In this document: positions 16,166 through 20,000 of the stretch, piece after piece
Numbering within the stretch: the first letter of the stretch is position 1
How the letters are laid out: each line of letters opens with the position of its first letter
Virus record (IMG/VR): IMGVR_UViG_3300028805_000097
Location: 56,970-76,969 of that record
Direction: 5' to 3' (one strand)
Source: an uncultured virus (IMG/VR IMGVR_UViG_3300028805_000097)
Taxonomy: Duplodnaviria > Heunggongvirae > Uroviricota > Caudoviricetes
Length of the DNA: 20,000 bases
The notes under the pieces: generated by a model
Seen by the model: only the letters and a program-made list of their open reading frames with translations
What the model was told of the DNA's origin: nothing
Databases searched by the model: none
Program-made: the position numbers and the translations under genes

Positions 16166-16302
16166 GGGGGTCTGCTGGATTCAAACCAGCCATCGGAGCG
16201 TCAACTTAGGTACTGGATGGGAACAGTCTATTTAACCCATAAACCTATATTACCATGCAATATAATCCTAAGCGTCTCTTACCAACTCTAAGCGGAGACC
16301 CC
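16166..16302 (-). ncRNA. tRNA-like RNA with an enlarged, branched anticodon domain
   Basis: Acceptor GGGGTCT/AGACCCC, D-like loop AGTTGGTA, T arm GCTGG-TTTGAAT-CCAGC; anticodon arm replaced by a roughly 80-nt branched region. Confidence 0.65.
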
Positions 16303-16689
16303 ACGTTAGAAATGGTCACCTTATAGCTACTATAATTATCGATGTAGTGACTTCGGGCAACCAAACCACTCAAAAAGAAAGGTTATATGTATAGTGAGCG
16401 GTAAAGTCAGATACGTACCATGCCCCATCAGCCTATGTTGAGTTGTCCCGTGAAAAGCCTGTAAACGTCTTAGTTATGCGGCTCTCTGGTGGCACGTATA
16501 CGAATAAATTTCTTATAAACTATAATAAAATCAGTGTAAAATATTATCCCTTAATAGGGTCGGTCTCTCTGTCTCATTATTCTCTAAGTTTTATATTTCG
16601 GCATTAAAATACATAATAAATAATAATTCTTATATCCCTTAATTGGGCGGGGGTCTTTCACTATTATTCATTTCTCTACATTTTAATTG

Positions 16690-16911
16690 TTAATGAATCT
16701 GGGAAGATGGGGGAGGCTTCGGAGGCGGCTCTGGCTGCTTATTGCGCCATGCGGCTCTGCGCCTTGCCCCTGTTCCCTTTTTTGGTCAACGCATTGGACG
16801 AACTTTATACAGCTGGGTCTTAGTTCCGTCCTCGTTCTCTCTGACCTTGCTTGGCATAGCTACCACCCGAATGTTGCGAGTGAGCTTATCCAGTCTCTTT
16901 TGTCCACTCAT
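16690..16911 (-). pseudogene. basic Pro-rich ORF interrupted by an in-frame TGA (41 aa, or 73 aa if read through)
   Basis: MSGQKRL...KVRPMR-TGA(16786-88)-PKKGTGARRRAAWRNKQPEPPPKPPPSSQIH-TAA. Confidence 0.5.
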
Positions 16912-16990
16912 AAGTGCTAAAGTTTTAGTAAAGTAATTTTCTCATAAGCCCTCATAAGTTTTAAATTGTTCTACTTATTGTTATTGCGGT

Positions 16991-17023
16991 GCAAAGATAC
17001 AGATTTTTTTCGTAAAAACCAAA
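16991..17023 (-). promoter_or_regulatory. Bacteroidota sigma-A promoter (micro-ORF/ncRNA unit)
   Basis: TTTG...TATCTTTGC. Confidence 0.85.
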
Positions 17024-17047
17024 TTCTGGTTTACTTTTTTATCTTAT

Positions 17048-17266
17048 TTAACAATATGCACCTTGATAGTCCAGAAATTCCTGCGTCTCCAGAGTTGTCT
17101 TAATTTCATCGTCGAGCTGGTCATCGTCTATCTCGTCGTTCTCGTCTCGGAAGTGGTCGAGTGTAAGACCTTCAAGCCCACAAACGTAGTCTCCGTGTTC
17201 GTCGTAGATGTCAATACCACCTAAACGCTCCTTAGCTTCGTAGCCGCTTTCAGTTGTATGTACCAT
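17048..17266 (-). CDS. very acidic hypothetical protein (72 aa)
   Basis: ORF with A-rich leader. Confidence 0.8.
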   Translation of the reverse strand: MVHTTESGYEAKERLGGIDIYDEHGDYVCGLEGLTLDHFRDENDEIDDDQLDDEIKTTLETQEFLDYQGAYC

Positions 17267-17370
17267 ATCTCTATTCTTTTAAAGTAGGCTGGGTGGCAGG
17301 ACAATCTGCCGCTTATGGCGTTGTACGCACTGCTCCGCTGTCCTATAACGCACCCAAGCCTGTGTTGTTA

Positions 17371-17721
17371 TTACTTATCTAAATTCTCATAGATGAATGC
17401 AGCCACGTCGTACACTTCATCCCAATTGATATTCTGGATGGGATATTCGCTGCAATCCTCTGTCTGGAGTTTGATTTCTCCATGCTTGTCGAGGTGTACA
17501 CCTTCTACCATTGAGTAAGCATTACTGGCATACTCTGGATGGTTGCCACCATCGTAGGTCACTGTCACCATTTCTTCACACTCTGTAAAGTCAGCACTTC
17601 CACCATTCGCTTCCAAGAACCGCTTGATGTAGGTCTCGCATTTACTACCAATCTCCTTTTGTTTGGAGATAATGCTGTCGTAGATTTCGTCAGCTTTCTT
17701 AAAATACGTTTGTCTTTTCAT
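17371..17721 (-). CDS. hypothetical protein (116 aa)
   Basis: First ORF after promoter 17747-17779. Confidence 0.85.
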   Translation of the reverse strand: MKRQTYFKKADEIYDSIISKQKEIGSKCETYIKRFLEANGGSADFTECEEMVTVTYDGGNHPEYASNAYSMVEGVHLDKHGEIKLQTEDCSEYPIQNINWDEVYDVAAFIYENLDK

Positions 17722-17746
17722 AATGTCTTATTGTTTGATTGATGGT

Positions 17747-17779
17747 GCAAAGTTACAGAAAATCTGGGAAATAACCAAA
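17747..17779 (-). promoter_or_regulatory. Bacteroidota sigma-A promoter
   Basis: TTTG...TAACTTTGC. Confidence 0.85.
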
Positions 17780-17830
17780 TGTTTCTTGAATTATTTTTGT
17801 TATACGTATAACTTTTTCTGGTTTCTTTAC

Positions 17831-17867
17831 AAAACACTATTGGGGACGTAGCCAATCCTACGCCCCC
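17831..17867 (-). terminator. probable terminator hairpin
   Basis: GGGGGCGTAG/CTACGTCCCC with a weak U tract. Confidence 0.6.
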
Positions 17868-17909
17868 TCATCTAACAATAACAATAAAACAATAAAAAAC
17901 TATGAAAAA

Positions 17910-18080
17910 CTAATCCTGCCTCAAAATCTGGCTTTCACGCTCTCCACAAATGGTAAACTCCTTAATGTCAGCCTCTTCTGCCATGTTACGTGCATTATCC
18001 AGTGCTTCACCCTCGTCGTTACCTGTTGCTTCCACAATGATGGAAGCATTGTAGTTTAATTGAATAGTATATTTACGCAT
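17910..18080 (-). CDS. small hypothetical protein (56 aa, MRKYTIQLNYNASIIVEATGNDEGEAL...)
   Basis: Not in ORF track; A-rich leader, protein-like composition. Confidence 0.75.
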   Translation of the reverse strand: MRKYTIQLNYNASIIVEATGNDEGEALDNARNMAEEADIKEFTICGERESQILRQD

Positions 18081-18118
18081 GATGTTTAATGTTTAATGTT
18101 TCCATAATAAAGTGAATA

Positions 18119-18445
18119 CTATGCCGCTTCCTTTGGCTTAACCTCTACGCCATCCTTATACAGCGTATTGAACGCTATTAGGACGTGCAGGACACTAATC
18201 TCGTCGGCACACTCAATCCCTCCTACTGACTCGATAATGGCATCAGCCATTTCTTTGCTGTCCTTTATCGCTTTCATCTGGGGATAAAACATATCAAACC
18301 TGTGACCCCTGTAGTTTTCACAAATGGCATGACCATCGTAAATGTCAAACTCGATAGGCTTCTTAAAACCCTCGATATTCAGTTTCTCCGTACAAACCTT
18401 CTTGCCGTAGAACTTTTCCCAAATTTTGTTTTCTTCTCTCTCCAT
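18119..18445 (-). CDS. hypothetical protein (108 aa)
   Basis: First ORF after promoter 18472-18504. Confidence 0.8.
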   Translation of the reverse strand: MEREENKIWEKFYGKKVCTEKLNIEGFKKPIEFDIYDGHAICENYRGHRFDMFYPQMKAIKDSKEMADAIIESVGGIECADEISVLHVLIAFNTLYKDGVEVKPKEAA

Positions 18446-18471
18446 CGTTTATTAATGTTTTATTCGATGGT

Positions 18472-18504
18472 GCAAAGATATATAAAAAAATTCAGAATCC
18501 AAAA
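18472..18504 (-). promoter_or_regulatory. Bacteroidota sigma-A promoter
   Basis: TTTG...TATCTTTGC. Confidence 0.85.
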
Positions 18505-18567
18505 TGAATCGGACTCTGAATTTCTTAAAAAAATTTAATTTAACAACTTATAATTATGGAAACATTA

Positions 18568-18957
18568 TCACCAATCATATTCTAAAGCCTCATATACTGC
18601 GTTATAGACACTTTCAATACCATTCATGGGTATGATGTGAGAGTAATCGGTTGCGTCGTAGGCTTGATAAGCATCACCGATGTCACCATTCTCATTTTGC
18701 TCTGCCAGTTCTTCCGTGTCGATGTCAAGGATAACGTCAAGGACTATTTTATCATCTTCCAGATAAACCTTGCTGACCTCCATAGAGATAATGTCATCTT
18801 CGTCATAGCCCATAACCTGTGCGTGCTGGCAGTTGCTACCTAACAGGTCAACCTCGTCAACCTTGTGGGCTACCATAAGGGCTTTAATCTCCGCTACAAC
18901 CTGCTCGTGAAAACCTTTAATCTGGTTGCCAAACTCTGTAAAATCTTTTCTTTCCAT
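18568..18957 (-). CDS. acidic hypothetical protein (129 aa)
   Basis: Own promoter 18984-19016. Confidence 0.85.
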   Translation of the reverse strand: MERKDFTEFGNQIKGFHEQVVAEIKALMVAHKVDEVDLLGSNCQHAQVMGYDEDDIISMEVSKVYLEDDKIVLDVILDIDTEELAEQNENGDIGDAYQAYDATDYSHIIPMNGIESVYNAVYEALEYDW

Positions 18958-18983
18958 AATGTTTTATTATTTAAATTGATGCT

Positions 18984-19016
18984 GCAAAGTTACAGAAAAA
19001 TTTCCAAATAACCAAA
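18984..19016 (-). promoter_or_regulatory. Bacteroidota sigma-A promoter
   Basis: TTTG...TAACTTTGC. Confidence 0.85.
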
Positions 19017-19048
19017 CGTTTTATGATTTTTTTTGTGGAAAGGGTGCA

Positions 19049-19903
19049 TTAAAACACCCAATCCACATCTGGGTTATTAACCATGACTACGAAATCACTA
19101 TTTGGTAAGCGGTACTTACGAATACCATCCTTCGGGTCAATGTAATAGTTACTGGCAGTCGTATGGTAGTGCAAGCCAACAATATGCTTTGCAGGGTCAA
19201 GGTAACGCATATCGTATTCGTTACCATCACAAATAGGATAGCCCCAAAAACTCTTAGGTAACTTGCCACCAAAGAACACTACAGCCACCTTGCCGCCCTG
19301 CTCCAAGAAATTCTTGCATTCGTCTGCATTATGTCCGTCGTAGGACAAAGTAAGGTCGTAGTTATGGTATTTCTCCATCAGCTTGATACGGCTCGGAACT
19401 TTCGTATAGTCGTAGAACTGAACATTTGGAAACAATTCCAAGATGTTAAGACCAGTGTCGGGGTCTTTAAATAACTCTGGAGAAAGGTCACTTGTGCCAT
19501 TCAAACGAACACTGAAACCCATCTGCAATCTCTTAGCACGCTCCATCTTAGCCCTAATCTCATGTATCAGTAAGCGCATGAATAAATCCCTATCACTATA
19601 GAATAACTTAGTCTTTTTGATACGGCTGCGGTTAACGAACGAATCAAGAACGTTGCCGCCATTATCCACTTGCTGCAATTGTGCTGCCTTGTTGTGTCCG
19701 CTGCCGTTAAGACAAAACTCATGGCAGTACTGACCGCCTGGGCATACTTGATGTCCGCTCATATTCCAAGGGGCAAGGTAGAGACAATATGTCAGCGTAC
19801 CATTCTCATAAGATTTGTGCATCTTAGCACTCTGATTTGCGTTACCCAAGTAAGAGATACCTAAGTTCGCCTTTTCCTTTGTGTAAATAAATCCTTTATC
19901 CAT
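19049..19903 (-). CDS. GP88-like phage protein, putative Fe-S/radical-SAM-like fold (284 aa, MDKGFIY...)
   Basis: LYLAP...C-x5-C-x3-C, RLNGTSD, FYDYTK, YDLTLS, DMRYLD motifs; family assignment from memory; start moved downstream of promoter. Confidence 0.6.
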   Translation of the reverse strand: MDKGFIYTKEKANLGISYLGNANQSAKMHKSYENGTLTYCLYLAPWNMSGHQVCPGGQYCHEFCLNGSGHNKAAQLQQVDNGGNVLDSFVNRSRIKKTKLFYSDRDLFMRLLIHEIRAKMERAKRLQMGFSVRLNGTSDLSPELFKDPDTGLNILELFPNVQFYDYTKVPSRIKLMEKYHNYDLTLSYDGHNADECKNFLEQGGKVAVVFFGGKLPKSFWGYPICDGNEYDMRYLDPAKHIVGLHYHTTASNYYIDPKDGIRKYRLPNSDFVVMVNNPDVDWVF

Positions 19904-19938
19904 AATTAAAAAAATTAAGTTGTTGTTTAAATCTGGGT

Positions 19939-19971
19939 GCAAAGTTACAGAAAAAAATCGAATCTACCAAA
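19939..19971 (-). promoter_or_regulatory. Bacteroidota sigma-A promoter
   Basis: TTTG...TAACTTTGC. Confidence 0.85.
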
Positions 19972-20000
19972 TATTTTTGGGAAAAACTTATAAATCTATA

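Noticed and set aside
16166..16302. tmRNA or intron-containing tRNA
   Set aside because: Too short, no G3-U70 pair or tag ORF, and no group I core is visible
763..19864. Plus-strand ORFs and nested alternative-frame ORFs in the track
   Set aside because: They are shadows of better minus-strand genes or lie in repeat-rich non-coding DNA, with no promoters or recognisable motifs
4790..19942. Longer N-termini given in the track for the ORFs at 4849, 5954, 14989, 16027 and 19942
   Set aside because: They run through the promoter or the upstream gene; downstream ATGs with A-rich leaders fit better
64..19971. Repeated GCAAAGTTAC motif as a CRISPR repeat or integron attC site
   Set aside because: Spacing is gene-sized and irregular, the motif matches the host promoter consensus, and no cas or integrase gene is present

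Overview
This looks like the early (host-takeover) region of a large phage of a Bacteroidota host, probably Bacteroidales/Prevotella; the host is inferred from promoter type and SD-less A-rich leaders. All supportable genes are on the minus strand and read in standard code 11: an SF1 UvrD/Rep-like helicase, a GP88-like putative Fe-S protein, a tRNA-Leu(UAA) and about 40 small hypothetical ORFs. They are organised as 24 short transcription units, each opened by a near-consensus Bacteroidota sigma-A promoter (TTTG-N20-TAnnTTTG). The most unusual signal is non-coding. At nine or more sites, the RNA just ahead of a terminator is the reverse complement of a typical 5' leader plus AUG and first codons, and one promoter drives only such RNAs with no ORF. 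This suggests a dispersed phage antisense sRNA system aimed at translation starts. Also seen: two perfect chromosomal-type parS sites, terminators built into the next promoter, a 112-bp cassette-junction duplication, a tRNA-like RNA with an expanded anticodon domain, a tRNA minihelix, micro-ORFs and GCWGG-rich non-coding blocks. All of this was read by eye; no database searches were run.
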